In this document: positions 44,507-55,332 of the stretch, piece by piece | Numbering within the stretch: position 1 is the stretch's first letter | How the letters are laid out: each line of letters starts with the position of its first letter | Notes under the pieces: model-generated | What the model saw: the letters and a program-made list of their open reading frames with translations, nothing else | Databases searched by the model: none | Told to the model about the DNA's origin: nothing | Translations under genes and position numbers: made by a program | Sequence record: OZ335963.1 | DNA length: 64,000 nucleotides | Origin: a phage | Reading direction: 5' to 3' (one strand)

Positions 44507-45597
44507 CGTTATGTTCGATTGAGCTCGCTAATTCTCAACCCGTTCTCTTATGAACTGCTACATATTACTATGCAGACCAGACTATATCACAATCCCAGAG
44601 GGATTCTCCCCATTTCGAGTCGCTTGACCCTACGTCCGAAGACTAGTCGTTGAACCTTGCTTTGCAATTGTCGCCGTGCCATCGTTTATATGTTGATGGT
44701 GATAAATCTTTCTTATCACAATATGGACAATTCAATTGAATTCTATTTGGATTTAATTTACATCTGTCATTATGTTTTAGATAAAATCCAGGACCTTTAC
44801 CAATGTGACCGCAGAAATCACATGTGATTTCTTTTTGTGCAGGATGGGTCCCGTTCTTAACCATTTCTAATGTTTTTGCTGATGTTCTTTTCTTATGGTC
44901 TTCTGACAAGAAATGATGTGAACCGTCATTTACCCGTTTTGATTGAGTTTCTGACTGCATTTTACCACCGCAAAATACATGAGTACCTTCTTTTATAGCT
45001 GCAATATTGCGTTCTTTAACTTTTGCAATATGCTCAGCTTGTTGAAAATTATGTATACCTAATGCAACTCTATTTAAATTAGATTTACGCTGTATTTCAC
45101 CGTCTAAAAGATGAAATGTACCATTTTCTATCTTAGATTTAATAGAGGCAATATTTTTAGCTCGTACTTCAGGGATATTAAAAATCTGGATTTCTCTAGA
45201 TTTTGCGGCTTTAGAAGCTAATTCAGAAATTTCTTCAGGAGAATATTTCATTCTAAGCTTTATAGCATGACAAGCCTGGTAATCTTTTTGAGCTAAATGT
45301 ATATCATAATGTTCCTGTATAGAAAGGCACATCAAATTATCTAAATCATTATTTTCACGGTTACCGTCTTTATGATGGATTTCGTATGTTCTTCCATCAG
45401 AATCTTTAGGTATAGGTCCGTTAGCATCTATCCAAATTTTTCTATAGTTCAATTGTGCATCCTCTTAAAAGTATAATCATATTTATATTATACTAATTAA
45501 AGGTGCAAGCAAAACCTTGGCTGCTAGTTTTCCTATAAAGGACTTTCCAGCAATTAAAGGAGTTTTCGATAAACGTTACCGTTTAAAGGCGCATTTT
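44507..45597 (-). mobile_element. Group I self-splicing intron in nrdB carrying a homing endonuclease ORF
   Basis: nrdB reading frame interrupted for about 1.09 kb; exon 1 ends on U, intron starts AAAAUGCGCC (GCGC can pair with exon GCGU as P1), intron ends on G; HNH ORF inside. Confidence 0.75.
44643..45452 (-). CDS. Intron-encoded HNH-type homing endonuclease (I-TevIII-like)
   Basis: 269-aa ORF inside the nrdB intron; apparent TTG start 7 nt after AAGAGGA; zinc-finger-like CDFCGH...CPYCDKK. Confidence 0.85.
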   Translation of the reverse strand: MNYRKIWIDANGPIPKDSDGRTYEIHHKDGNRENNDLDNLMCLSIQEHYDIHLAQKDYQACHAIKLRMKYSPEEISELASKAAKSREIQIFNIPEVRAKNIASIKSKIENGTFHLLDGEIQRKSNLNRVALGIHNFQQAEHIAKVKERNIAAIKEGTHVFCGGKMQSETQSKRVNDGSHHFLSEDHKKRTSAKTLEMVKNGTHPAQKEITCDFCGHIGKGPGFYLKHNDRCKLNPNRIQLNCPYCDKKDLSPSTYKRWHGDNCKARFND

Positions 45598-46273
45598 ACG
45601 CAAAAGATACATAAAAACGAATAGCTTCTAAGGCATTAATGACATGCAGGCAGAGATAAAGAGATTTCATTAGTGCTCGTTTAGCTTCGGCTTCTTGTTT
45701 AATAGCTCGATTTAAACGAAAATCAGCATCAGGAGATTCTTTAGCTAGTTCTACAAATTCTTTAGCATTTTCCCATTCACGGGTCTTCTTAAGAACATCA
45801 TCGTAATAGCGACCAATGGACTCAGCACGTTTCATAATATCTTCATCTAATACAATCTCATCAAATACCTTTGATGGATCAGTATAAAGATTTCGCATGA
45901 TATGAGTATATGAACGACTGTGAATAGTTTCACTAAAAGTCCATGTAGCAACCCATGTATCAAGACTTGGATCTGAAATTAATGACATAAGTACAGCAGA
46001 CGGTGCACGACCCTGAATGCTATCTAGAAGTGATTGATACTTCAGGTTATTAGTAAAAATATCTTGCTGATACTGAGGAAGCTTATTAAATTGTGCAGCA
46101 TCCATCATCAAGTTTACTTCTTCAGGACGCCAGAAAAATGACAACTGCTTTTCGGTTAAATCTTCAAAAACTTTATGACGTTGAATATCATAACGCGCAA
46201 TACCAAGACCTGAACCGAAGAACATGGGTTCTTTTAAAACATCAACTGGATTTGTATTAAAAACTGTGCTCAT
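45598..46273 (-). CDS. nrdB: Ribonucleotide reductase small subunit NrdB, exon 1
   Basis: 225 in-frame codons ending ...EAIRFYVSFA, then intron; exon ends on a U that can pair with intronic GCGC guide. Confidence 0.85.
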
Positions 46274-46324
46274 AAATTTTCCGCTTAGTTAATAGATAGT
46301 GACTCGTCCGTGAGTCAAATTATA

Positions 46325-48589
46325 TCATAATTTACAGGATGAACAATCTTCAGCTTTTGGAGTTTCTATTTCATAATCATCAGTACCAGAACCGTCACGG
46401 GTATTATGATAATAGAAATTTTTTCCGCCAAAATACCAAAAATATAAAAGGTCATCAATCATTATTGACATTGGAACCTTTCCTTTTGGAAAAATCTGCG
46501 GGTCATAATATGTATTCGCTGAAGCTGATTGACACACCCATTTCAGCATAATAGCTACTTGCGTAAGATAAGGTTTATTGCCTTTCTTGGCTAATTTCCA
46601 TGTATAATCATAGAGGTCTATGTTGTGCTCAATATTGGGCACGACTTGATTAAAGGAGCCCTCTTTTGATTCTTTAACAGAGACTGGTCCACGTGGAGGC
46701 TCGATACCGTTTGTACTGTTAGAAACTTGGGAAGATGACTCACATGGCATAAGTGCTGATAATGTGCTATTACGGATGCCAAAGAGCTTAAGGTCTTCCC
46801 GCAGCGACGACCAGTCACAAACGTATTTTGGAGCTGCGATTTGGTCAATCTTTTTATTGTACCAGTCGATAGGTAATTCGCCTCGAGACCAACGAGTGTC
46901 TGAATAATATTCGCAAGGTCCTTTTTCTTTGGCGAGCTTAATGGATGCTTTAATGAGTCCATACTGTAGTCTCTCAAATAGTTCATGCGTTAAATCGTTA
47001 GCATCTTCATAAGAAGCAAAATTACTTGCCAGCCAAGCTGCATAGTTAGTAACACCTACACCAAGATTTCGACGCTTTTTAGCTTTTTCTGCTTCAGGAA
47101 CCGGATATCCTTGGTAGTCCAAAAGATTATCAAGAGCACGAACTTGGACTTCTGCCAATTCATTAATTTTATCTTGGTCTTGCCAATCAAAGTTATCTAA
47201 CACAAATGCAGATAACGTGCACAATCCAATTTCAGCATCAGGACTATTCACATCATTTGTTGGAATAGCAATTTCACAGCACAAGTTACTCTGACGAATA
47301 GGTGCCTTTTCACGAATAAATGGAGTATAGTTATTCGTATTATCAATGAACTGTACATAAATCCTTGCTGTTCCTGAGCGTTCAGTCATGAGCAATTCAA
47401 ACAGTTCACGGGCTTTAATACGCTTTTTACGAATATTAGGGTCTTTTTCTGCAGCTTCGTATAATTCACGGAAACGGTCTTGGTCTTTAAAATAAGAATA
47501 GTAAAGTTCGCCACCCATTTCATGCGGACTGAACAAAGTAATGTAATCATTCTTTCCAAATCGTTCCATCATCAAATCATTCAGCTGGACGCCATAATCC
47601 ATATGACGGATACGGTTTTCTTCTACACCTTTGTTATTTTTCAAAACGAGAAGATTTTCAACTTCCAAATGCCAAATAGGATAATAAGCAGTAGCAGCGC
47701 CGCCACGAATTCCACCCTGTGAGCATGATTTAACAGCAGTTTGAAAATGTTTCCAAAAAGGAATAACACCAGTATGACGTACTTCACCTGTGCCAATCTT
47801 AGAACCTTCGGCACGAATCATACCAACGTTAATACCAATTCCAGCACGTTTGGAGATATATTCAACAATTGAAGCGGAAGCCTTATTGATAGACTTTAAT
47901 GAATCACCTGCCTCAATAACAACGCATGAACTAAACTGTCGAGTTGGAGTACGACAACCAGCCATAATAGGAGTTGGCAGTGAAATCTGTCGAGTAGATA
48001 CTGCTTCATAAAAACGAATAACGTGTTTTAGTCTATCAACAGGTTCATCTTGATGCAATGCCATTCCAATAGTCATAAATGCAAACTGTGGAGTTTCATA
48101 AATTTTACCGGTGGTTTTATCTTTAACTAGATATTTTTCTTTTAATTGCATCGCCCCGGAATAAGTAAATTCCATATCCCGCTCGTGCTTAATTTTTGAT
48201 TCTAAAAATGTAATTTCTTCTGCTGAATATTTTGACAACAATTCAGGGTCGTATTTACCTTCATTTACACAGTAAGAAATATGGTCAATAAATGAACGTG
48301 GTTCATACTGCCCGTAAACATGCTTACGAAGAGCAAACATTAAGCAGCGTGCAGCTACATATTGATAATCAGGCTCTTCAACTGAAATAGAATTCGCAGC
48401 AGCCTTAATGACAATAGTCTGAATGTCATCAGTTGTCATTCCATCACGGAGATATGATTTAATATTTTCATATAATTCATAAGGATCTACAGATGTTCCT
48501 TCAGCTGCCCAAGATAAAACTTTAATAATTTTTTGCGGATCAAAGCTCTGAGAAACACCACTACTTTTGATAACATTAATTAATTGCAT
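46325..48589 (-). CDS. nrdA: Ribonucleotide reductase large subunit
   Basis: 754-aa ORF, T4 NrdA length; class I RNR catalytic motifs. Confidence 0.97.
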   Translation of the reverse strand: MQLINVIKSSGVSQSFDPQKIIKVLSWAAEGTSVDPYELYENIKSYLRDGMTTDDIQTIVIKAAANSISVEEPDYQYVAARCLMFALRKHVYGQYEPRSFIDHISYCVNEGKYDPELLSKYSAEEITFLESKIKHERDMEFTYSGAMQLKEKYLVKDKTTGKIYETPQFAFMTIGMALHQDEPVDRLKHVIRFYEAVSTRQISLPTPIMAGCRTPTRQFSSCVVIEAGDSLKSINKASASIVEYISKRAGIGINVGMIRAEGSKIGTGEVRHTGVIPFWKHFQTAVKSCSQGGIRGGAATAYYPIWHLEVENLLVLKNNKGVEENRIRHMDYGVQLNDLMMERFGKNDYITLFSPHEMGGELYYSYFKDQDRFRELYEAAEKDPNIRKKRIKARELFELLMTERSGTARIYVQFIDNTNNYTPFIREKAPIRQSNLCCEIAIPTNDVNSPDAEIGLCTLSAFVLDNFDWQDQDKINELAEVQVRALDNLLDYQGYPVPEAEKAKKRRNLGVGVTNYAAWLASNFASYEDANDLTHELFERLQYGLIKASIKLAKEKGPCEYYSDTRWSRGELPIDWYNKKIDQIAAPKYVCDWSSLREDLKLFGIRNSTLSALMPCESSSQVSNSTNGIEPPRGPVSVKESKEGSFNQVVPNIEHNIDLYDYTWKLAKKGNKPYLTQVAIMLKWVCQSASANTYYDPQIFPKGKVPMSIMIDDLLYFWYFGGKNFYYHNTRDGSGTDDYEIETPKAEDCSSCKL

Positions 48590-48906
48590 AAGTCCTCAAC
48601 TTGAAAATCGTCTTTAAACAATCGGTTAACTATATGAGCTATTATATCACCATGACACGGCTTTGGTTTACATGTGCATCCTAGCCTCATTCCACGTAAA
48701 GGCTCTAAATGTGCTTTAGTTATTTCTCCGGATTTAATTCGACGTATAAAATCTTTTTTGAATAATTCAATGGCAGCCTCCCGGCTGCCAGCATCTTTAC
48801 CGACGTAATTTCCCCAAAATGTACCACGGTGAATATTAACATCAAAGTCGGATTTATATTTATTCACTACCTGGCATAGACGGCCCGCGCGGTGATAATT
48901 CGTCAT
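48580..48906 (-). CDS. Hypothetical protein (nrdA.1-like)
   Basis: 108-aa ORF with Cys/His cluster. Confidence 0.55.
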   Translation of the reverse strand: MTNYHRAGRLCQVVNKYKSDFDVNIHRGTFWGNYVGKDAGSREAAIELFKKDFIRRIKSGEITKAHLEPLRGMRLGCTCKPKPCHGDIIAHIVNRLFKDDFQVEDLCN

Positions 48907-49135
48907 ATTGTTTTTCCGTTAAAACAGTAATATCATAATAACAGTCAGAAGAAGTTTTAACTGTGGAAATTTTATTATCAAAATACTCACGGGTCATTTT
49001 ATGAGTATAATATTTTTTGCCATAAATGATAATAGGCTGATTTGGTCCTGGAACTTCTAACTCACTTGGGTTAGGAAGTGTAAAAAGAACGACACCAGAA
49101 GTATCCTTAAATCGTAAAATCATATATCCTCTCAA
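48860..49135 (-). CDS. Hypothetical protein (nrdA.2-like)
   Basis: 91-aa ORF. Confidence 0.5.
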   Translation of the reverse strand: MRGYMILRFKDTSGVVLFTLPNPSELEVPGPNQPIIIYGKKYYTHKMTREYFDNKISTVKTSSDCYYDITVLTEKQYDELSPRGPSMPGSE

Positions 49136-49146
49136 TTAAATTAAAA

Positions 49147-50006
49147 TTACACCGCCATCTTTCCTTTAATTGGCGGGTGAGATACATAGTTGTTAAGAAC
49201 AAAATTATGCGGCTTTGCGAATTGACTCAACCAAAATACCTGCGATTCTGTGTCCCATTCATCAAATTCATCTGGAAATTTTAATTGTAATTCGCATAAA
49301 TCCATAGGTTCACGACGCAAAATTTCTTTACATTGTTCTACGTGATTCATATAGATATGAGTATTACCACCAGAAAATATCAAATCTCCTGGAATAAGAT
49401 TACACATCTTAGCTACAATATGAACTAACGTAGCATATGATGCAATATTAAATGGAAGACCGAGGAAAACATCTACCGAACGTTGATACCACTGCAGATC
49501 CAAATAGCCATTACGCACATTAAACTGATAGAACATATGACAAGGTGGTAATGCCATTTGCTTAAGTTCTGCCGGATTCCATGCTGAAACAATTTGACGT
49601 CTATCATTTGGCAGTTTTTTAATACGTTCAACAACTTCTATAATTTGGTCTACGCCACCAAAATCGCGCCACTGTTTTCCATAAATTGGACCAAGTTCAC
49701 CGCTATGGTATCCTAAATCTTTTGCTTGTTTTTCGTAATTTTCATCCCAGACTGTTTTGCCTTGAATTAATGAATCATGTTGAATTAATCGCAAATCATT
49801 GACATTTGTGCTTCCCGATAAAAACCATATTAGCTCAGCAATGCAAGCTTTCCAGGCAAGCTTCTTAGTCGTTACTGCAGGAAAACCTTTAGTTAAATCC
49901 CAGCGTAATTTAGTACCGAACAAAGCAATTGTTCCTGTGCCTGTTCGGTCATCGGTTTCATAACCATTTTCAAAAATGTCTTTAATTAAATCCTGGTATT
50001 GTTTCA

Positions 50007-50007
<1 letters not shown>
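49147..50007 (-). CDS. td: Thymidylate synthase, uninterrupted (no intron)
   Basis: 286 aa from ATG 50007 (MKQYQDLIKDIFENGYETDDRTGTGT...); contiguous through active-site region PPCHMFYQFNV...DVFLGLPFNIASYA. Confidence 0.93.
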
Positions 50008-51039
<1,032 letters not shown>

Positions 51040-51047
51040 TTTATCTC

Positions 51048-51383
51048 CTAATATAAAGGATCGGGAACATATCCACTAGCTTTAATCATTTTAATTAACG
51101 TTAACATTCCTTTATTAACGGCTCGCGAGATTTCATCAAAAACTTCATCACTAAAAAGTTCTAACACGCCCTTCTGAACTTTTAATTTACAGCCAACAAT
51201 TTCGTCATCGCCTATAGTAAATTCGTTTCCGCCAATTCCACCAAAAAACTTAATTACGCCAGTTAACTGTCTTCCACGAGAATATGGGTCATGTGATAAA
51301 GTAATATGAGTCACCCCAGGTACAGTTTTAAATTGGCAGCGAATGTTTACTCGGGAAATTCCAGTTACATGAATGTCAGACAT
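51048..51383 (-). CDS. Hypothetical protein (frd.2-like)
   Basis: 111-aa ORF. Confidence 0.5.
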   Translation of the reverse strand: MSDIHVTGISRVNIRCQFKTVPGVTHITLSHDPYSRGRQLTGVIKFFGGIGGNEFTIGDDEIVGCKLKVQKGVLELFSDEVFDEISRAVNKGMLTLIKMIKASGYVPDPLY

Positions 51384-51393
51384 AATATTTTCC

Positions 51394-51636
51394 TCAAACA
51401 GACTTTTTCACAATTTTCCAATCAGCTTTAAACTGTTCAACATCAGAATGGTAAATCCAAAATCCTGCGCTTTCTCCATCCTCATAAAGCGGGCATCCAT
51501 CACATTCATCTTCCCATCCCATATCACGCAAAAGACGTTCAGCTTTTTCAACGAGTTCAGAATCTTTACCGATGATATTAAAATACCATTTACCTCTAAC
51601 TTCTGAATCTTTAATACTCTGACGTTGTAATCTCAT
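51394..51636 (-). CDS. Hypothetical protein (frd.3-like)
   Basis: 80-aa ORF. Confidence 0.5.
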   Translation of the reverse strand: MRLQRQSIKDSEVRGKWYFNIIGKDSELVEKAERLLRDMGWEDECDGCPLYEDGESAGFWIYHSDVEQFKADWKIVKKSV

Positions 51637-51690
51637 TTTATTCTCCTTAGTTGATAGGGTAATAGTATCACACTACTACCCTTCTGTAAA

Positions 51691-52071
51691 CTACTTTTTG
51701 AAAGTTTTTCGCAAAAGTTCAATGATTTCATCTACATTGTTTTCGTCAACAACGCAGTGAATTTTCGTTACGCCGGAAATCTTGTCTTCGACTTCATCTT
51801 CTTCAGAAGTCGGTTCTTTATACTCACGAAAACAATGAAATTCATCTTCGCAAATTTCTAAAAGTCTATCTTTAAGGTAAAAATGCTTTCCATTTGCGCA
51901 TTCAATGTGTTTTACGGCTTTATATCCATTAGCGACTGAAACTTCTTTAACTTCAAACCATCCGCCATTATCTCGAATAGCTTTAACTATTGATGAATTG
52001 GAACGTGGGCTATAATTAATAAATGTATCAATAAGTCTTGGAACAAGTTCATACTTTCGACCAGTATACAT
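51691..52071 (-). CDS. Hypothetical protein
   Basis: 126-aa ORF. Confidence 0.5.
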   Translation of the reverse strand: MYTGRKYELVPRLIDTFINYSPRSNSSIVKAIRDNGGWFEVKEVSVANGYKAVKHIECANGKHFYLKDRLLEICEDEFHCFREYKEPTSEEDEVEDKISGVTKIHCVVDENNVDEIIELLRKTFKK

Positions 52072-52115
52072 TGTGTTTTCCTCATTTTAACGGGGCTGTA
52101 ATAGCCCCTTGATAA

Positions 52116-52367
52116 TTATTGTTCAATCAATCCCATGTAAAATTCTGCGTCTTCAGAATCCATACCATCACAGTATTCATTAGCCATAAATCGTTCAAGA
52201 ACTTCTAAAGGACCTTCAATAACAATAGAAAAATTGCAATAATTGGGATCATCATGAATACTTGTGATACTAAGTTCAGGATAACGATTACGAATAATTT
52301 CTTCAATATATTCAAAATCAACGATGTCAATATCAACTTTAGCCATATTATTTTCCTCTTTAATCAT
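52116..52367 (-). CDS. Hypothetical acidic protein
   Basis: 83-aa ORF. Confidence 0.5.
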   Translation of the reverse strand: MIKEENNMAKVDIDIVDFEYIEEIIRNRYPELSITSIHDDPNYCNFSIVIEGPLEVLERFMANEYCDGMDSEDAEFYMGLIEQ

Positions 52368-52440
52368 CAGCAGTATTGCCGATAGTTGTATAGTACCACA
52401 GTATGCTTTGGTTGTAAACCGTTTTGTGAAAAAAATTTTT

Positions 52441-52469
52441 GAAATAAAAAGGGGACCTCTAGGGTCCCC
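52441..52469 (-). terminator. Terminator after gene 32
   Basis: GGGGACC-TCTA-GGGTCCCC; minus strand followed by UUUUUAUUUC. Confidence 0.75.
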
Positions 52470-52491
52470 AATTAATTAGTAATATAATCTA

Positions 52492-53400
52492 TTAAAGGTC
52501 ATTCAAAAGGTCATCCAGGTCCGTGTCATCAGCACTAGATGAACTGCCAGAGCTTGAGCTCATAAAATCATCTTCAGTTTTTGTTTTGAAGTCATCAACA
52601 TTGAATGCATCCAAATCATCAGCAACTTTATCAGCTTTCTTAGCGGCAGTCGCTGCGGCACCACCCATAGCAGCAGTTCCCATAACTTGACTGAACTTAG
52701 TGCTCAGTTCTTCAAACGATTTGAATTTATCTTTAGAAGTCATTTCAGAAAGGTCAACCATTTGTTCGAACAATTCTTTCTGGAAAGATTCATCATCAAT
52801 GTTTGGAATCGCAGATTGATTCAGGAATTTAGATTCGTCGTAGTTACTAAAACCAGAAACTTGTTTAACTTTCAGTACAAAGTTAGCACCTTCCCACGGA
52901 CAAGTTACATCAACCGGAGTTTCACCCATTTCAACATCAACTGCAATCATTGCATTGATTTTATCCCAGATTTTCTTGCCGAAACGGTATTTAAATACTT
53001 TACCTTCATTTTCTGGAGTAGCTGGGTCTTTTACTACAAGAATGTTAGCCCAGTAAGAAGTTTTACGTTTAACAAGACCGTACTCTTTATTGTCAGTGTT
53101 GTACAAATCATTTTTACTGATGTACTGACATACTGGACAGGAATCGTAATCACCGTGGGTAGATGAACATGTTTCAATATACCATTTACCATTTTTCTTG
53201 AAACCGTGATTTACAAGAATTGCGAATGGTGCTTGTTCATCATTTTTAGACGGAAGAAAACGAATTACTGCTTGACCGTTACCCGCATTATCGAGTTTCA
53301 GTTTCCACTCGCCTTTATCTTCAGAAGAAAAACCACCTTTATTGCCATTCAGTTTAGCCATTTGTGCAGCAAGTTCAGCAGTAGATTTACGTTTAAACAT
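52492..53400 (-). CDS. 32: Single-stranded DNA-binding protein
   Basis: 302-aa ORF (T4 gp32 is 301 aa as remembered); acidic Ser/Asp-rich C-terminus; operator leader and terminator flank it. Confidence 0.97.
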   Translation of the reverse strand: MFKRKSTAELAAQMAKLNGNKGGFSSEDKGEWKLKLDNAGNGQAVIRFLPSKNDEQAPFAILVNHGFKKNGKWYIETCSSTHGDYDSCPVCQYISKNDLYNTDNKEYGLVKRKTSYWANILVVKDPATPENEGKVFKYRFGKKIWDKINAMIAVDVEMGETPVDVTCPWEGANFVLKVKQVSGFSNYDESKFLNQSAIPNIDDESFQKELFEQMVDLSEMTSKDKFKSFEELSTKFSQVMGTAAMGGAAATAAKKADKVADDLDAFNVDDFKTKTEDDFMSSSSGSSSSADDTDLDDLLNDL

Positions 53401-53454
53401 TTTATTTCCTTTTTAATTTAATTTAATTAACAGTTGGTGCTATGACACTTTACC
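53401..53454 (-). promoter_or_regulatory. Gene 32 autoregulatory translational operator
   Basis: Minus strand leader GGTAAAGTGTCATAGCACCAACTG then UUAAAUUAAAUUAAAAAGGAAAUAAA before the ATG. Confidence 0.7.
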
Positions 53455-54087
53455 TCATAGCTGGCATAATTCGCAATACTCTGGGTCTTCGAGAGGTATC
53501 CAACCTGAGTTGAAATACTTTACCATCGATTTAGCAGTTGTATCAGTTATATTTATATTACCTTTAACTCTTCGCCATCCAGGAGTTTTACCGTAAAGAT
53601 TAGAGGATAATAATAACACATAATTCTCGTAAGCAATATGAGATAATTTCCAAGACTCTATATTAGCTCGTGATGTTTTCCAAGGTCTAAAATCGTCACG
53701 GTTCATATAATTAGCCAATCTCATATGCTCTCTAACTTCCGGGTCTTTGGCTGGATGAGTTTCACCACTCACACCAAATCCACCACCAGCATATACCAGA
53801 TTAAAATAGTCTGGATTATCTCTGGCATTTACTTCAAGTTGGTATTTTCGCTCTGCTTCAATAACATCCAAATCATCATCAATTTGAATTATTTTAACGC
53901 TTGGTTTTTGAAGCATTACTGCATTCAAAAATCTTTTTTGTTTGCATGAGCTCCAGTATTCCTTTCCGGAAGAGTCATATATTATTCCGTTCTCAAATGA
54001 GCAATTTAATTTACTACCGATATAGTAGTATGGCGGAGTCTTATTTTTGACACGGTCTTCAAATGTAAACCAATATACTATATTCAT
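53455..54087 (-). CDS. GIY-YIG-like homing endonuclease (SegG-like)
   Basis: 210-aa ORF; N-terminus IVYWFTFEDRVKNKTPPYYYIGS; sits between genes 32 and 59. Confidence 0.7.
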   Translation of the reverse strand: MNIVYWFTFEDRVKNKTPPYYYIGSKLNCSFENGIIYDSSGKEYWSSCKQKRFLNAVMLQKPSVKIIQIDDDLDVIEAERKYQLEVNARDNPDYFNLVYAGGGFGVSGETHPAKDPEVREHMRLANYMNRDDFRPWKTSRANIESWKLSHIAYENYVLLLSSNLYGKTPGWRRVKGNINITDTTAKSMVKYFNSGWIPLEDPEYCELCQL

Positions 54088-54088
54088 A

Positions 54089-54742
54089 TTAATACTTGCA
54101 AGATTTCACAGTTTCAATAAAAACACTTTTAGCTTTCTGTGAATCAATATTTAAAATTTTTCTATAAGCCTTTAACTTTATAGAATAATTATTCCAGACT
54201 AAATTATCAGTCTGTTCATCATGTTTATCGATTATATTTAAAAACGAATCAAGCAAGATAAACGTCTCAAACGAAATTATATTCGATTGAAGTAGTTTAA
54301 AAATATAACTTGATTGAACTTTTGGATTATACTCAAAGATTTCTTTAAAAGCAGAAACTTCAACTTTTTTACTAAAATAATAAATGTTGCGAATATCTTC
54401 TTCAAACTTAAATTTAATTTGCTTTAAGCGTCCGATATATTCACGATAAAACACAAGTGCATCAGCGTCAGAGATGTCACCAATCCAAGCATCTTGGTTA
54501 GCAACGAGATTGCTTATAAAGATTAAAGCAAGTTCCTTTAATTTATATTTTTCTGATAACTTCTGGAAAAAATACTTATCCCTTCGCTTTTGATAAGCGG
54601 CATCAGACACCCGCATGCACCAATTATACTTAATTACATCATACTTTCCATTCATATGTTGTTTTATCATTAAGTATAATTTATAAACTGATTTACCATC
54701 AATGTATCTTTCACCACCAGCAGGCATGCGGAGTTTAATCAT
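54089..54742 (-). CDS. 59: Helicase loader gp59
   Basis: 217-aa ORF, T4 gp59 length and sequence as remembered. Confidence 0.95.
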   Translation of the reverse strand: MIKLRMPAGGERYIDGKSVYKLYLMIKQHMNGKYDVIKYNWCMRVSDAAYQKRRDKYFFQKLSEKYKLKELALIFISNLVANQDAWIGDISDADALVFYREYIGRLKQIKFKFEEDIRNIYYFSKKVEVSAFKEIFEYNPKVQSSYIFKLLQSNIISFETFILLDSFLNIIDKHDEQTDNLVWNNYSIKLKAYRKILNIDSQKAKSVFIETVKSCKY

Positions 54743-55077
54743 AGTAGAAAATCTAATGTATTAGTTTTTTCACAACGAACAACAGAAGGACGTAAAAGAT
54801 TTTCGTCAATAGCTTCTGACTGAATTTTTTCAATTATACCCGAAGGAATAAATTTAGCAAATTGAGTTTCAGGAATAGAATTTTCTTCTAAGAATGCTGT
54901 TGTAGCTTCAAGATAACTCATTCCAAACTCTTCTACCATTTTTTCAATTATAAATCCATTTTCTTGACGGTCAAGAAGCTTTGCAATTTCATCTTTTTCT
55001 TTCTTAATTGAAAGTTCTTTTTCTGAAAGACCGGTCTCATCGACCGGACGAATATCATTTAGAGAAAACTGTGTCAT
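54739..55077 (-). CDS. 33: Late transcription co-activator gp33
   Basis: 112 aa from ATG 55077 (ORF track opens at TTG). Confidence 0.85.
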   Translation of the reverse strand: MTQFSLNDIRPVDETGLSEKELSIKKEKDEIAKLLDRQENGFIIEKMVEEFGMSYLEATTAFLEENSIPETQFAKFIPSGIIEKIQSEAIDENLLRPSVVRCEKTNTLDFLL

Positions 55078-55324
55078 AAAGTTCAACTACCTCTTCAGTT
55101 TCAGCTTCAAACACATCACGGTTATCTTTATGATACAAAGCTAACAGACGATTAAACATCTTGCCATCAACACCAAGTTCATCTTTGGCACGAATTCGAA
55201 TATCTTTAATCAATTCATTATAACCAGAAATTTTCAGTTTATGATCAGATGCTTCTTTAATAAATTTAGCCAAGTCTTCGCCATGGATAGCTTCATCAAA
55301 TTCAACCATTTCTTTTTTAGCCAT
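55055..55324 (-). CDS. dsbA: Double-stranded DNA-binding protein
   Basis: 89-aa ORF overlapping gene 33 start. Confidence 0.85.
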   Translation of the reverse strand: MAKKEMVEFDEAIHGEDLAKFIKEASDHKLKISGYNELIKDIRIRAKDELGVDGKMFNRLLALYHKDNRDVFEAETEEVVELYDTVFSK

Positions 55325-55332
55325 TATTCACC

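Noticed and set aside
52687-53166. 159-aa plus-strand ORF antisense to gene 32
   Set aside because: Entirely inside the well-supported gene 32 on the opposite strand; Phe/Asn-rich composition typical of antisense AT-rich frames.
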